Origin: Escherichia phage LYE-01
DNA length: 64,000 nt
Sequence record: PQ303785.1
Direction: 5' to 3' (one strand)
Below, in pieces: positions 19,917 to 30,696 of this stretch. The translations under genes were made by a program, and so were the position numbers. Below the pieces are notes generated by a model, which worked only from the letters and a program-made list of their open reading frames with translations, searched no databases and was not told the DNA's origin. Position 1 is the stretch's first letter, and each line of letters opens with the position of its first letter.

Positions 19917-20882
19917 TTATATTGCTCCTAATATTTTACTTTGCGAATTGACAATTCCTGTCATAGTATTAATGTTTGAAATGCTTCCTGCAGTTCCTCC
20001 TAATCTACTAAGTCGTGAAAGCGAATTAGATAGTCCAGTAACACCTCCACTATTTCCGAGAACGCTTTGAATACCGTTTATAGCAGCAGATTCAAGCCAT
20101 TCAAGAGCAGCTTGTCTATCAACCGCTCCAGCCTGCATGACTCTATACGCAAAAGTAACATCAAATGTAGTTATTTGGTTATCTCCATCGTATGATAACT
20201 CAGGAGCGCTCACTGACACTGGAATGCATCCAGTGAACATCACCGCAGTATGAGGCAATCCATTGCGAGCATGAAGATTAACTTGAATATCTGCTTCAAC
20301 ATCTTGTGGTAAAGCACGTAATCCAGTTACTGGGTCTTGAACAGCGTTAACCCAGTCTTGCATCGCACGATAATTACACGACTCTGAATCCATTCTAAAT
20401 GAAATAACCAAAGGGTCTAATTCTCTTCCGGTTATGCGAATATTAGGAGAATTATAGTTCCAGTCAGTTTCATAGGATAATCTATTCTCTGGCATTTTTA
20501 CGGAGTATATCATCAATCCAGATGAGTTATATGCCATGTTAAAGAAGTCAATTAAATATGTACCAACTGTAAATGAGCCTAATAAACTTTGAACTGTACG
20601 TTGACTCATGGCACCAATAAGATATTTACTAACCCCTGATTTTCTTATCAGTTTTTGTGTGCCAGCAGTAATTAGCGTAGTAATTCCCTGATTAATATCG
20701 CCTTGAGTTAATCCTAACCAATCTGAATTTAGGCCCAAGTTATTATAAGAAAAGTTGCTAATTGAACTTATCAACGAAGAGCTTTTAGTTGATGGAGTTG
20801 TCGCAAAAACGCAGCTAAACATATTATTACGTTGGAAATCTGCGTTTATTGCTTGATTATTAAATTCCTCTAAAGAATACAT
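19917..20882 (-). CDS. 54: Baseplate tail-tube initiator, 321 aa
   Basis: Track ORF; length and order 54-48-29-28-27-51 as in T4. Confidence 0.85.
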   Translation of the reverse strand: MYSLEEFNNQAINADFQRNNMFSCVFATTPSTKSSSLISSISNFSYNNLGLNSDWLGLTQGDINQGITTLITAGTQKLIRKSGVSKYLIGAMSQRTVQSLLGSFTVGTYLIDFFNMAYNSSGLMIYSVKMPENRLSYETDWNYNSPNIRITGRELDPLVISFRMDSESCNYRAMQDWVNAVQDPVTGLRALPQDVEADIQVNLHARNGLPHTAVMFTGCIPVSVSAPELSYDGDNQITTFDVTFAYRVMQAGAVDRQAALEWLESAAINGIQSVLGNSGGVTGLSNSLSRLSRLGGTAGSISNINTMTGIVNSQSKILGAI

Positions 20883-21976
20883 TAAAAAGTCCCCGCATAT
20901 AAAGAAGCACGGTTTAACGTGATAATTTCTCTCATAGTAATCTCAAGAGTAAATGTACTAGGGAGGTTTGGAGCAATAGCTAATCCGTTAAAGTTACCAT
21001 TAGGTGTTTTATCAAATCTGATGCTCTGTATTTGGCATGGGCCAAATATTTCCGTTTTTCCATCAAACTTAGATGTTGCACCAAAGTTTTTCACCATCCA
21101 AATTGTCGGGTTTGAAACTACTAGAACGTTAGTTAAACTCGATGTCATTTTCTCAAATAGTGTTTTATTTTTAGCTGCGTCTTCCGGAGATAAAGGTTCA
21201 ATTAACGTAGAACGATACCAATCATCTAAATACCCCTTTATTTCAGCAGCATATTGAGATTTGCCCGTTTCACCATAAGAAAAATAGTTAAAATATTGAT
21301 AGATATTAATAATAGCCATTAAATCTTCTGTGGAACGTGGAGTCAAATCCCATGTAAACACTTTAGTTCTATTTTCAGCGCCGCCATACATACTTCTGGC
21401 TGTCGTATAAATCTGTTCATTATTATCAGCCATTATACCTTGTGTTATACTTTCCAGTGCTCCAAATACTGCAGTTGAAGCAATATTACTTAGCACACCA
21501 GTAGCAGTACCTCCGCCTCTGCTGATAAGACTTTCTTGAACATCATTAAATCTATGTGATGATGTATCAACATCGGATTTAGATCTTGGTAAAAGAATAT
21601 TTGCAACAGGGGCTTTACTTATTGTTCCTGAATTATTATCTGATATTAATCCATTTGACAGTTTTGATACTGTATTACTGATAGTGTTTCTGGCTGTACG
21701 TAAAATACTCGAAGATGAAGAAGAGTAGTTAGATCTCATCGATCTAAGACTTCCAGAATCCCTAGATGACATATTGTACGCAGTAAATAATAATCCATTC
21801 TTATATAGATCTGTTACCTGGAAGTCCCCTGTAGTGTCATTACCACTAGCACGCCCAGTTGGAAACTGGGCAGTGTATGTTTTAGTTGCTACTTCTGATT
21901 TAGTACTCTGTCCGGCTGAAATTTTCTCACCGGACTTTTTAATTAAATCAGCAGTTATTTCTTTAACAATTGCCAT
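20882..21976 (-). CDS. 48: Baseplate tail-tube cap, 364 aa
   Basis: Track ORF; TAATG stop/start overlap with gene 54. Confidence 0.85.
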   Translation of the reverse strand: MAIVKEITADLIKKSGEKISAGQSTKSEVATKTYTAQFPTGRASGNDTTGDFQVTDLYKNGLLFTAYNMSSRDSGSLRSMRSNYSSSSSSILRTARNTISNTVSKLSNGLISDNNSGTISKAPVANILLPRSKSDVDTSSHRFNDVQESLISRGGGTATGVLSNIASTAVFGALESITQGIMADNNEQIYTTARSMYGGAENRTKVFTWDLTPRSTEDLMAIINIYQYFNYFSYGETGKSQYAAEIKGYLDDWYRSTLIEPLSPEDAAKNKTLFEKMTSSLTNVLVVSNPTIWMVKNFGATSKFDGKTEIFGPCQIQSIRFDKTPNGNFNGLAIAPNLPSTFTLEITMREIITLNRASLYAGTF

Positions 21977-21984
21977 ATTATTCC

Positions 21985-23757
21985 TTAATTAACTCCAGTC
22001 GCATCAAATACACCAGGAGCAGTCGTGCTCGTAACAGGTGTCATATTATGAACGACAGTATTTTTCTTAATAACATTATTAGTATTATTGATCGAAGGAG
22101 ATACTTGTTGAACAGGAGCTTGCTGTGCTTTGTTCTTTTCAATAACCTGGACTTGTTTTGCTTCTGGCGATTTAGCAGAAGTTTCAGGCTTGGCGTTAGG
22201 CTGATTTTTCTTAAGCTCTTGATAAGTAGCATCAATTTTAGAAAATCTAGCAGCAAGTTCTTTTTTAACTGCCGGTGAATTATTTAAATCCGGGTCATCC
22301 ATCCGTTTTTTAAGGTCTTCATAGGCAGCTTCAACTGATTTAACTGTTGAGTCTTTACTCATATCAGCTGAATCGGCATATTGATCAAAACGATTCATAG
22401 CAGCACGAGCTTCATTAGCTTTCATTAAAGCAATTTTAGCTTCCTCCGGAGAAAGTTGCTTTAATTTTTCTTCTTCCTCTGCCCTCTCTTCATCAGTCGT
22501 TAGTGCTTCTTTATTATCAACACCACGAATCCAGTTAGATGCACGAGTTTTCCAGTTCGCAATTTTGTCTAGTCCTTTTGCTATCGGACCAAGTTCTCCA
22601 TTCATTCTTTTATATTGATAGTTTGCAACTTTTTCTTGGTCTTCTTTGTTAAGAGAAGCATTTGTAGTATTTTGGAAATTTTCTAGTGCTCTTCCTTCTA
22701 CTTCATCAGCGGTATCCTTCATGCCAGGAATGACTCGAAGAATTGCAGCAGATAATTTAGCCATACCTAATTGAATAAGCTCTCCTAAATTAAAAAGAAC
22801 CTTTCCAAGCCCTTCTACAATAGCTACAGTCAAACCACCCCAGTCTCCCGCTTCCCAGAATTTTTTAATTTCATCGATAGAACTAAAGATGCTTTGTAAT
22901 AAAGGACCCCATGTTCCGGTTTCGCTAGAGAATTTAGTAAAGTCTGTACTAAACAAATCCCAAGCCTGTGAAAATTTATCTGACCAATATTTGAAATGAA
23001 CCATCAACAGGTCTATTCCGACAACAACAGCCAATATCATTGCTGTCATTTTAGCAGCTTCAATAGCAGCACTGACGGTATACTTAAATAGCATGCTTGA
23101 TATTTTATCAGTAATTGAAATAGATTTCTTAAATCCGAAATCAACAGTCTTTGTTAATTTATCTAAAGCTTGAGATAATTTTAAGTTAAATGCGTCTTTT
23201 TTCTGTTTTTCTTCTGGCGATTCTTGTTTGGGCTCAACTGGCTGAGGGGTAGGGAAAAAATCAGCATCAGGATCATTATTAACTGCTTCAGGAGCCGGTA
23301 ATAAAGGACCCACAGATTCAGCTGTATCATCCTCAACAACTTTAACAGGAATAGCGCTTTCAACCGTGGCTAAACTAGTTCCCGTCTGTTGAATTCCAGC
23401 TGTCTGAATTTTTTGCTCTAGTAAACTTGTTAATTTATCTAATTTGCTCCCGAGCGATTCACCAATTTCTTTATTAATATTGTTGCCAATTTCGACAGTT
23501 TCAGCAATTAATTCAGAACCGGCAGTAGTATCACTCACTGCGCTTTCTACATTATCAATTGCTCCAATTATTTCATTTGATTTTTCTTCGACCGTTTGAG
23601 CAATTAATTCAGAAGCAGCTTGAGCATCATCCAATTTCGTAGATATATCGTTAAGTCCAGATAAAGTGTTAGAAGCGGATTTAGCCGCTTCCTGTGTTGG
23701 TTTATTATCTGAAATAACTTTTCTACGCATCGTTTGCATTTCTTGTGGCTTTTTCAT
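21985..23757 (-). CDS. 29: Baseplate hub / tail length determinator, 590 aa
   Basis: Track ORF; length equals T4 gp29. Confidence 0.85.
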   Translation of the reverse strand: MKKPQEMQTMRRKVISDNKPTQEAAKSASNTLSGLNDISTKLDDAQAASELIAQTVEEKSNEIIGAIDNVESAVSDTTAGSELIAETVEIGNNINKEIGESLGSKLDKLTSLLEQKIQTAGIQQTGTSLATVESAIPVKVVEDDTAESVGPLLPAPEAVNNDPDADFFPTPQPVEPKQESPEEKQKKDAFNLKLSQALDKLTKTVDFGFKKSISITDKISSMLFKYTVSAAIEAAKMTAMILAVVVGIDLLMVHFKYWSDKFSQAWDLFSTDFTKFSSETGTWGPLLQSIFSSIDEIKKFWEAGDWGGLTVAIVEGLGKVLFNLGELIQLGMAKLSAAILRVIPGMKDTADEVEGRALENFQNTTNASLNKEDQEKVANYQYKRMNGELGPIAKGLDKIANWKTRASNWIRGVDNKEALTTDEERAEEEEKLKQLSPEEAKIALMKANEARAAMNRFDQYADSADMSKDSTVKSVEAAYEDLKKRMDDPDLNNSPAVKKELAARFSKIDATYQELKKNQPNAKPETSAKSPEAKQVQVIEKNKAQQAPVQQVSPSINNTNNVIKKNTVVHNMTPVTSTTAPGVFDATGVN

Positions 23758-24287
23758 TCAAATAATCCAATAATATTGCCAATTCCGGTTATTGGACCAT
23801 TAGGGCCAGGAATTGCTAAAGTTGTAAAAATGTCATTTGCCCATTTTAAAACGAATGCTGGCATCTCAAGAAAATTAATTTCTTTAACTTCATCATTGAC
23901 CTTAAGCAAGCACTTGGATAACATATCGCTCACAGTTAAAAATTGTTCAAATTTTCCAGGCGGTCTAAAATAAAATGTATTTCCTTGGTATTGAAATTCC
24001 AATCTTTGGCATACATAAACATCATTAATGTCATAAGTATAACCATCTATTTCTTTACGAGATTTAATCTTTCCATTAAATTCCAATAAATGAATAGAAA
24101 CGAAATCAACTTCTGCCGGTGATAAATTCGGACAAATAGAATCAATAAGAAGTTTTAAATTTTCATCAGGACCTTTAACATCTTTTAAAATGTTATAATG
24201 TTTAAGACCCATTTTAGGAATAGAAACTTCTTTATTGCTTATTGGAAGAACTACTTTCTTCAGTGGTAGTATCAGATTTAAATTCAT
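23754..24287 (-). CDS. 28: Baseplate hub distal subunit, 177 aa
   Basis: Track ORF; length equals T4 gp28. Confidence 0.8.
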   Translation of the reverse strand: MNLNLILPLKKVVLPISNKEVSIPKMGLKHYNILKDVKGPDENLKLLIDSICPNLSPAEVDFVSIHLLEFNGKIKSRKEIDGYTYDINDVYVCQRLEFQYQGNTFYFRPPGKFEQFLTVSDMLSKCLLKVNDEVKEINFLEMPAFVLKWANDIFTTLAIPGPNGPITGIGNIIGLFE

Positions 24288-25407
24288 TTTTAACCTTAAC
24301 TGGGTCTATTGTTTCCAGTTTCGTTGCATTAGTGAACATATATAGATGAGTTACTGAATTATTATTGGATAATTCATGAATAACTTCATCAACGTAAAAT
24401 TCTGTTTTAAATTGGTTTTTACTATCATTAAAAATAATTTTAACGCCAGGAGTCAAGTTAAAATTACCGACAGTAGAACATTTAGCATAGCCATCGTATT
24501 GCGCCATAGTTTGAAGACGAATAGCTTCTTCATATCCATTCCTATAAGTCATTTCAGAATAAGCACCTGACCTTGACACTACAATAGAGTTTTCGCCCTT
24601 TCCTGTAGTAATCATTGGCAATGAAGAATCTAAAAATGAATGAGCATAGATAGTAGCGTTTTTCATTGGGTTACGTTTGTGAGGATTCGATTTAGTCAAC
24701 CAAACGAAATCATATGCCAATGGATATTTTAATTCTTGGATGAATTGACCTATTAAAGATGGCTCACCGACAATCATTGGATACGGTTCTTGATTTATCA
24801 TCATATCATAGTCCATCATGTTAACTCCCATGATGTCTTGCCATACAAATACAAATTTGTCACTTCCTACAGCTAGAGCAACTTCTCTGACATACGACAA
24901 ATAGTTTTCAAATGTACTAGTCCACGGAATATCAGGAACATAAGCATTTATAGCATTTATTGCTGGAGTCAATAGCGTACGGTCTTGATAAATGACGCCA
25001 AGCATTTCCTTTATAGATTCACCTGCATCAGGAAAAAACGGTCTGCCAAATTTAAGATTTTCTATAGAATGAATAGTTCCCAATTCAATAGCAATGATGT
25101 TATCACCTTTTGAATCTACTGACACGGAAAAATGCTTACATCCATAAATTCTTGTTTTAACATTATTAATATCGTTTGCATTAGCTACAGAAATCTGAAT
25201 TATTTCATTTCCATCCATTTTTGTATGGATGTTTTTAGAATCATAAAACTGCAGCATTCCTTCATTTCGGCCATAAAGAGAATCCCGCATAGTTAATGTG
25301 GTAATAGTAGCAGCTAATTCAACAAATCTATTATTACTCCAAGCGTCGTAGCTATCAAATAATTTAACGCTGAGATTTGGATATCCTGGGCGTTGCAACA
25401 TACTCAT
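24232..25407 (-). CDS. 27: Baseplate hub subunit, 391 aa
   Basis: Track ORF; length equals T4 gp27. Confidence 0.85.
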   Translation of the reverse strand: MSMLQRPGYPNLSVKLFDSYDAWSNNRFVELAATITTLTMRDSLYGRNEGMLQFYDSKNIHTKMDGNEIIQISVANANDINNVKTRIYGCKHFSVSVDSKGDNIIAIELGTIHSIENLKFGRPFFPDAGESIKEMLGVIYQDRTLLTPAINAINAYVPDIPWTSTFENYLSYVREVALAVGSDKFVFVWQDIMGVNMMDYDMMINQEPYPMIVGEPSLIGQFIQELKYPLAYDFVWLTKSNPHKRNPMKNATIYAHSFLDSSLPMITTGKGENSIVVSRSGAYSEMTYRNGYEEAIRLQTMAQYDGYAKCSTVGNFNLTPGVKIIFNDSKNQFKTEFYVDEVIHELSNNNSVTHLYMFTNATKLETIDPVKVKNEFKSDTTTEESSSSNKQ

Positions 25408-26156
25408 TATTGTTTATCCTTCTCAATCAGTTTTAATACGAATCCGCGCTCGGCAGGAATCATTTTCATTATTGAATTTAAGCTATAATTACTTTTTACG
25501 AGTGTGTGATTAATTTGATAAAAAGTAAATATTTCATCTGGGTTAACTAATAGCTTAAACACATCTACTATATCAGTGTATTTTTTTACATACTTATCAC
25601 AGCAGGACATATGTAGCGTTAAATTAATAGGATTCAATGCATCGAGAATTTTTTCTAATGTTTCTATCTCGATGGCATCAACAAGTTCTATTTGACTTGA
25701 TTCACTAATTTCCTTCCAATCATACCATGTTTCATCTACTTGAACAGAATGAATATTTTCAGTAATCATCTTTGCTTTATTTTCATAAAACTCAGAAGGA
25801 AACTTTAATTTAATTTTAACATTAGCTACATCGAAAACAGGTTCCTTTAATTCTTTTTGATATATTTCAAATGGAACTGTCTTTTCTTTTTTACATTTTG
25901 GACATACAAATGTGACCGGTACTTTAGTTTTACCTATTGATCCTACAAATACCTGCAAAAATATAAATGGTTGCCAAGTCTTCGGATAGTCTCCAAAATA
26001 ATCGGCAATTAAATCAGCAATTATTTCTTTTTGTTCTTGTGGTGACCGATGTTCTATATCGTTTCGAACTAACAAAAAATCTCGATAATCTTCTACCGTA
26101 AATGGTTTAAAACGATGAACACCATCTGGTAATTTACAACGAATAATGTTTGCCAT
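25407..26156 (-). CDS. 51: Baseplate hub assembly catalyst, 249 aa
   Basis: Track ORF; length equals T4 gp51. Confidence 0.8.
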   Translation of the reverse strand: MANIIRCKLPDGVHRFKPFTVEDYRDFLLVRNDIEHRSPQEQKEIIADLIADYFGDYPKTWQPFIFLQVFVGSIGKTKVPVTFVCPKCKKEKTVPFEIYQKELKEPVFDVANVKIKLKFPSEFYENKAKMITENIHSVQVDETWYDWKEISESSQIELVDAIEIETLEKILDALNPINLTLHMSCCDKYVKKYTDIVDVFKLLVNPDEIFTFYQINHTLVKSNYSLNSIMKMIPAERGFVLKLIEKDKQ

Positions 26157-26173
26157 AGATGCTCCTTTTATTC

Positions 26174-26185
26174 TATTTATAAATA
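26174..26185. promoter_or_regulatory. Back-to-back overlapping late promoters: TATAAATA on plus (for gene 26) and on minus (for gene 51) within TATTTATAAATA
   Basis: 12-nt sequence contains the late-promoter octamer on both strands, centred in the 50-bp divergent gap. Confidence 0.55.
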
Positions 26186-26206
26186 TGATAAATAAAGGAG
26201 CTAAAT

Positions 26207-26833
26207 ATGTATGAATACAAATTTGACGTGAGAGTTGGTTCTAAAATAATCAACTGTCGCGCATTTACTCTTAAAGAATATCTAGAACTTATTACTGCTA
26301 AAAAGAACGGTTCAGTCGAAGAAATTGTTAAAAAGCTAATTAAAGACTGTACAAATGCAAAAGATTTAAACCGTCAAGAATCAGAACTCTTGTTGATTCA
26401 TTTATGGGCACATTCTCTTGGAGAAGTTAATCACGAAAACTCCTGGAAGTGCACCTGTGGAACTGAAATACCAACCCATATAAATCTATTACATACACAA
26501 ATAGATGCACCAGAAGACCTCTGGTATACACTGGGTGACATTAAAATTAAGTTCCATTACCCTAAAATTTTTGATGATAAAAATATAGCCCACATGATAG
26601 TATCATGCATAGAAACGATTCATGCTAACGGGGAAAGCATTCCAATTGAAGACTTGAATGAAAAAGAGTTGGAAGATTTATATTCTATCATCACAGAGTC
26701 AGATATTGTAGCTATAAAAGATATGCTTTTAAAGCCTACTGTTTATTTGGCTGTTCCAATTAAGTGTCCAGAGTGTGGAAAATCTCACGCTCATGTAATA
26801 AGAGGACTCAAAGAATTCTTTGAGCTATTGTAA
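26207..26833 (+). CDS. 26: Baseplate hub subunit, 208 aa
   Basis: Track ORF; length equals T4 gp26. Confidence 0.8.
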   Translation: MYEYKFDVRVGSKIINCRAFTLKEYLELITAKKNGSVEEIVKKLIKDCTNAKDLNRQESELLLIHLWAHSLGEVNHENSWKCTCGTEIPTHINLLHTQIDAPEDLWYTLGDIKIKFHYPKIFDDKNIAHMIVSCIETIHANGESIPIEDLNEKELEDLYSIITESDIVAIKDMLLKPTVYLAVPIKCPECGKSHAHVIRGLKEFFELL

Positions 26834-27231
26834 TGGCAAATATTAATAAGCTTTATTCTGACATTGACCCAGAAATGAAAATGGATTGGGACAAAGACGT
26901 TTCCAGATCTCTTGGATTAAGGTCAATTAAAAACAGTCTTTTAGGAATTATTACAACCAGAAAAGGGTCGAGACCGTTTGACCCAGAATTTGGTTGCGAT
27001 TTATCTGATCAACTTTTTGAGAATATGACTCCTCTTACTGCTGATACGGTTGAGCGTAACATTGAAAGCGCAGTAAGAAACTACGAGCCGCGTATTGATA
27101 AATTAGCAGTTAATGTAATACCAGTTTATGATGATTATACTCTGATAGTAGAAATACGCTTTTCGGTCATCGATAACCCTGATGATATTGAGCAGATAAA
27201 ACTGCAACTGGCTTCTAGTAACAGAGTATAA
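26833..27231 (+). CDS. 25: Baseplate wedge subunit (gp25 family), 132 aa
   Basis: Track ORF; length equals T4 gp25. Confidence 0.85.
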   Translation: MANINKLYSDIDPEMKMDWDKDVSRSLGLRSIKNSLLGIITTRKGSRPFDPEFGCDLSDQLFENMTPLTADTVERNIESAVRNYEPRIDKLAVNVIPVYDDYTLIVEIRFSVIDNPDDIEQIKLQLASSNRV

Positions 27232-27257
27232 TGCTTCACGTATAAACGTGGTATAAT
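27232..27257 (+). promoter_or_regulatory. MotA-dependent middle promoter for uvsY (MotA box TGCTTCA, 13 nt, TATAAT)
   Basis: Consensus MotA box and -10 read from sequence directly after the gene 25 stop. Confidence 0.6.
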
Positions 27258-27298
27258 GAATCTAAGTCCAATCCAATAACAATTGAATAGAGAACAAT

Positions 27299-27712
27299 AT
27301 GAAATTAGAAGATCTTCAAGAAGAATTGAAGAAAGATGTGTTTATAGATTCGACTAAATTACAGTATGAAGCAGCTAATAATGTGATGTTATATAGTAAA
27401 TGGCTTAATAAGCATTCAAGTATTAAAAAGGAAATGCTTAGAATTGAAGCACAGAAAAAAGTTGCTCTTAAAGCTAAATTAGACTACTACTCGGGACGAG
27501 GAGATGGTGATGAATTTAGTATGGATCGTTATGAAAAATCAGAAATGAAGACAGTTCTATCAGCTGATAAGGATGTTTTAAAAGTTGATACTTCATTACA
27601 ATATTGGGGAATTTTATTGGATTTCTGTAGCGGAGCTCTTGATGCTATTAAATCGCGTGGATTTGCTATTAAGCATATTCAAGACATGCGAGCATTTGAG
27701 GCTGGAAAATAA
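27299..27712 (+). CDS. uvsY: Recombination mediator UvsY, 137 aa
   Basis: Track ORF; length equals T4 UvsY. Confidence 0.85.
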   Translation: MKLEDLQEELKKDVFIDSTKLQYEAANNVMLYSKWLNKHSSIKKEMLRIEAQKKVALKAKLDYYSGRGDGDEFSMDRYEKSEMKTVLSADKDVLKVDTSLQYWGILLDFCSGALDAIKSRGFAIKHIQDMRAFEAGK

Positions 27713-27936
27713 TGAAATATAGCATTGATGATGCTTTTAATTATGAAGAAGAATTCGAAACGGAAATTCAATTCTTAATGAAAAAGTATAATCTCAAGCG
27801 TCAGGATATTCGTATCCTGGCTGACCACCCATGTGGTGAAGATGTACTTTATGTTAAAGGAAAATTTGCCGGATATCTTGATGAATATTTTTATTCTAAA
27901 GATATGGGCATTGATATGCATATGAGAGTTATATAA
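27712..27936 (+). CDS. Hypothetical protein, 74 aa (uvsY-downstream ORF)
   Basis: Track ORF coupled by ATGA overlap to uvsY. Confidence 0.5.
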   Translation: MKYSIDDAFNYEEEFETEIQFLMKKYNLKRQDIRILADHPCGEDVLYVKGKFAGYLDEYFYSKDMGIDMHMRVI

Positions 27937-27964
27937 ATAGATATATAATTTAGAGGAGACAATC

Positions 27965-28132
27965 ATGTCAGATAAGATTTGTGTTGTCTGTAAAACTCCA
28001 ATCGATTCTGCATTGGTTGTTGAAACAGACAAAGGTCCTGTACATCCTGGGCCTTGCTATAATTACATTAAAGAACTACCAGTTTCAGAAAGTTCGGAAG
28101 AACAATTAAATGAAACACAACTTTTGCTATAG
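27965..28132 (+). CDS. Small Cys-containing protein, 55 aa (below ORF-track length cutoff)
   Basis: Hand-translated: MSDKICVVCKTPIDSALVVETDKGPVHPGPCYNY...; GGAG RBS (in ...TAGAGGAGAC...) about 7 nt upstream; CxxC...C spacing suggests a small metal-binding fold. Confidence 0.45.
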   Translation: MSDKICVVCKTPIDSALVVETDKGPVHPGPCYNYIKELPVSESSEEQLNETQLLL

Positions 28133-28155
28133 TGTGACCTTTAGTCTATAGTTTT

Positions 28156-28186
28156 GGCCCTTCCTTTTTTGGTTGGGCCTTTTTTA
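28156..28186. terminator. Hairpin GGCCC...GGGCC flanked by T-runs between convergent ORFs
   Basis: Read from sequence; long loop makes this weaker than the other terminators. Confidence 0.35.
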
Positions 28187-28188
28187 AT

Positions 28189-28419
28189 TTAAAAGCTTTC
28201 TTCTACTTCATCGTCTGAATCTTCTAATTCAGCTCTTTTTCCTGCCAAAGCATCTCTCACAGAGATGTCATCAGTATCTTTTAATTCAGTTTCTTTAACT
28301 CTTTTCTTATAATAAGCTTCAAGTTCTTCTAGACCTTCTAATGTTTGGCATGATGCAATTTTACCCATAAATTCATCAATAGAAGCTTCATAAAGAAATT
28401 GTTTAAATTCTAGTAACAT
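28189..28419 (-). CDS. Small protein downstream of uvsW (UvsW.1-like), 76 aa
   Basis: Track ORF 28189..28431 starts at TTG; ATG 12 nt inside has GGAG RBS and gives 76 aa. Confidence 0.6.
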   Translation of the reverse strand: MLLEFKQFLYEASIDEFMGKIASCQTLEGLEELEAYYKKRVKETELKDTDDISVRDALAGKRAELEDSDDEVEESF

Positions 28420-28430
28420 CTTTTTCTCCA

Positions 28431-28446
28431 AAGGGCCGAAGCCCTT
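28431..28446 (-). terminator. Hairpin (UUCG loop on transcript) overlapping uvsW stop
   Basis: AAGGGC-CGAA-GCCCTT on plus strand. Confidence 0.45.
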
Positions 28447-29956
28447 ATAAATTAACTGTTTTCATTACGTAATTAAATTTTTCATCTGCGTAGCGCTGAA
28501 TACGATCAATGCCGTGTTTTAAAAGATAGTTCAAATGAACATATTTCTTTTTCGTATTAGCAGATTTTGGCTTGACGCCACAATCATCAATGAGGTCCCA
28601 GACCGTTGCGATTGTTTTAGAACCATGCTTACGTAATACGCGACCTATTGTTTGCAATACAATAATTTTAGATTTAACACCATGCGCTAAAACAACGTGA
28701 TGCAGATTTTTAACTGAAATACCAGTAGAAAATACACCATAACTAGCTACTATAATTATTCCTTTACCGTTTTCAGCTAAGGTTTTCATTACATTACGGG
28801 TTTCGGTATCAACTTCCCCTGATACGTAATAAACTTTATCGTATTCATTTTTAATTAAATCGAAAATAGCTTTACCATGTGATACATGCTTAAACATGAC
28901 AAAAGCGTTTTCATCTTTTTGCGCAAGTTTAATAGCTAATTTAGCGATCCATTTATTTCTTTTACTGAGTCCAGTAATAATTTTTATTTCTTCTTGGTAA
29001 GTTTTTCCCTTTAATTTAGTAGTGAACTCATCGGGATAGCGAAGAAAAATACTATTAATTTTTAGCTCAGTTACTTGTCCATCTTCCATTAATTTAGAAG
29101 TCGTTACTGGCTTAAATATTTCACCAAACATTCCAACATACTGCATGATATTAGCTTTGCCATCACGCAATGAACCTGATAGACCAAATTTAAACATGCA
29201 GTTATTTAAACCTGATATGATAGATGAAATACTTTTTCCTGTGGCAAGATGGCATTCATCATTCATCATCATTCCAAACTGTGAGAACCATTCTTTTGGT
29301 TGTTTTACTACAGTTTGCCATGTACCAACAATTACCGGTGCATCATTTTTATATTTATCATCTTTTGATGCTCCGCCGCCAATTTTCTTTATCATTGCAT
29401 GACTGAATAAACGATAATCAACAAAGTCATCAGCCATCTGAGTTGTCAGAGCAGTTGTTGGAACAATGATAAGAATTTTACCTTCATAATTTTCCAAATA
29501 ATAACGTGCAAGCAAAGCTTGAATTAAAGATTTACCTGCGGATGTTGGAAGATTAAGAATTCTACGACGATTAACTAATCCTTCGAACACTGCATCTTTT
29601 TGATACCAGTGCGGTTCAATTCTTTTATTTCCTGAATAGATTTCTAATTTAGAAAGCCATTCATCAAAATCTTTTCTTGATAATTCTTCTTTTTCGTTAA
29701 TTTGTGGGTCAATCCAGGCTTTATAGCCAAAGTTGTCGCAGAACTTTTTAATTTGCCCGACTAAGCCAAACGGAAGAAGACGATTATAATCTAAAAGACG
29801 GATTCGTCCATCCCAGTGACCATATTTGTATTTCGGATTAAAACGATACCCATCAGCTTCAAAGCTAAAGAAATCACGGAGTTCATGAAATGTACTTTCT
29901 TCACAATCAATTCTCACGTGACTAAAATCATAAAAATGTACTTTAATGTCAGTCAT
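28445..29956 (-). CDS. uvsW: UvsW DNA/RNA helicase, 503 aa
   Basis: Track ORF; Walker A (PTSAGKS) and DECH box (NDECHLA). Confidence 0.9.
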   Translation of the reverse strand: MTDIKVHFYDFSHVRIDCEESTFHELRDFFSFEADGYRFNPKYKYGHWDGRIRLLDYNRLLPFGLVGQIKKFCDNFGYKAWIDPQINEKEELSRKDFDEWLSKLEIYSGNKRIEPHWYQKDAVFEGLVNRRRILNLPTSAGKSLIQALLARYYLENYEGKILIIVPTTALTTQMADDFVDYRLFSHAMIKKIGGGASKDDKYKNDAPVIVGTWQTVVKQPKEWFSQFGMMMNDECHLATGKSISSIISGLNNCMFKFGLSGSLRDGKANIMQYVGMFGEIFKPVTTSKLMEDGQVTELKINSIFLRYPDEFTTKLKGKTYQEEIKIITGLSKRNKWIAKLAIKLAQKDENAFVMFKHVSHGKAIFDLIKNEYDKVYYVSGEVDTETRNVMKTLAENGKGIIIVASYGVFSTGISVKNLHHVVLAHGVKSKIIVLQTIGRVLRKHGSKTIATVWDLIDDCGVKPKSANTKKKYVHLNYLLKHGIDRIQRYADEKFNYVMKTVNL

Positions 29957-29985
29957 GTCTAAATACCATGTAATAAATATATCTA

Positions 29986-29993
29986 TATTTATA
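29986..29993 (-). promoter_or_regulatory. Late promoter TATAAATA (minus strand) about 30 nt upstream of uvsW
   Basis: Plus-strand TATTTATA in the 50-bp divergent gap. Confidence 0.5.
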
Positions 29994-30006
29994 CTGAGGA
30001 AATATT

Positions 30007-30687
30007 ATGATAGATAAAGATTATATTGCAGAGCTGAAGGCTCTTGATGATAATAAAGAAGCTAAGGCTAAATTAGCTGAATATGCTGAACAGTTTGGTA
30101 TAAAGGTCAAAAAGAATAAATCTTTTGATAATATCGTTGTTGATATTGAAGAAGCCCTCCAGAAGCTCGCTAGTGAACCTATGCCAGAGACTGATGGGTT
30201 ATCTATTAAAGACTTAATCGATGCTGCTGATGCCGCAGAGGGATTAAAATATGACGATGAAGAAGTCAATCCAGAAGCAGCACTTCTGATTGATTCTCCG
30301 GTTAAATCTGACATTAAAATTGAAGTAGTAGAAACGGATAAAATTCCTGAAAATACCGATGTTTTGATTGAAGATACTCCTTTTGTTGAAGAAAAATTCG
30401 AACAGGCTGTAGCTGAGATTATTGAATCTGAAAAGTCGTCTGTATTTACTCTTCCGGAAAACTTTAGTCCGAATCTTCAGCTGATTGGAAAAAATCCAGG
30501 ATTCTGTACGGTTCCTTGGTGGATTTACCAGTGGATTGCTGAAACTCCGGATTGGAAATCTCACCCAACTAGTTTTGAACATGCGTCGGCGCATCAAACT
30601 TTGTTTAGCTTAATTTACTACATTAATCGTGACGGATCAGTTCTAATTCGTGAAACACGTAATTCTTCTTTCGTAACATTAAAATAA
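30007..30687 (+). CDS. inh: Inhibitor of prohead protease, 226 aa
   Basis: Track ORF; length equals T4 Inh; position adjacent to hoc. Confidence 0.7.
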   Translation: MIDKDYIAELKALDDNKEAKAKLAEYAEQFGIKVKKNKSFDNIVVDIEEALQKLASEPMPETDGLSIKDLIDAADAAEGLKYDDEEVNPEAALLIDSPVKSDIKIEVVETDKIPENTDVLIEDTPFVEEKFEQAVAEIIESEKSSVFTLPENFSPNLQLIGKNPGFCTVPWWIYQWIAETPDWKSHPTSFEHASAHQTLFSLIYYINRDGSVLIRETRNSSFVTLK

Positions 30688-30696
30688 GGATAACTT

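Noticed and set aside
21970-23363. Several small ORFs overlapping gene 29 on both strands
   Set aside because: All embedded within the 590-aa gene 29 frame.
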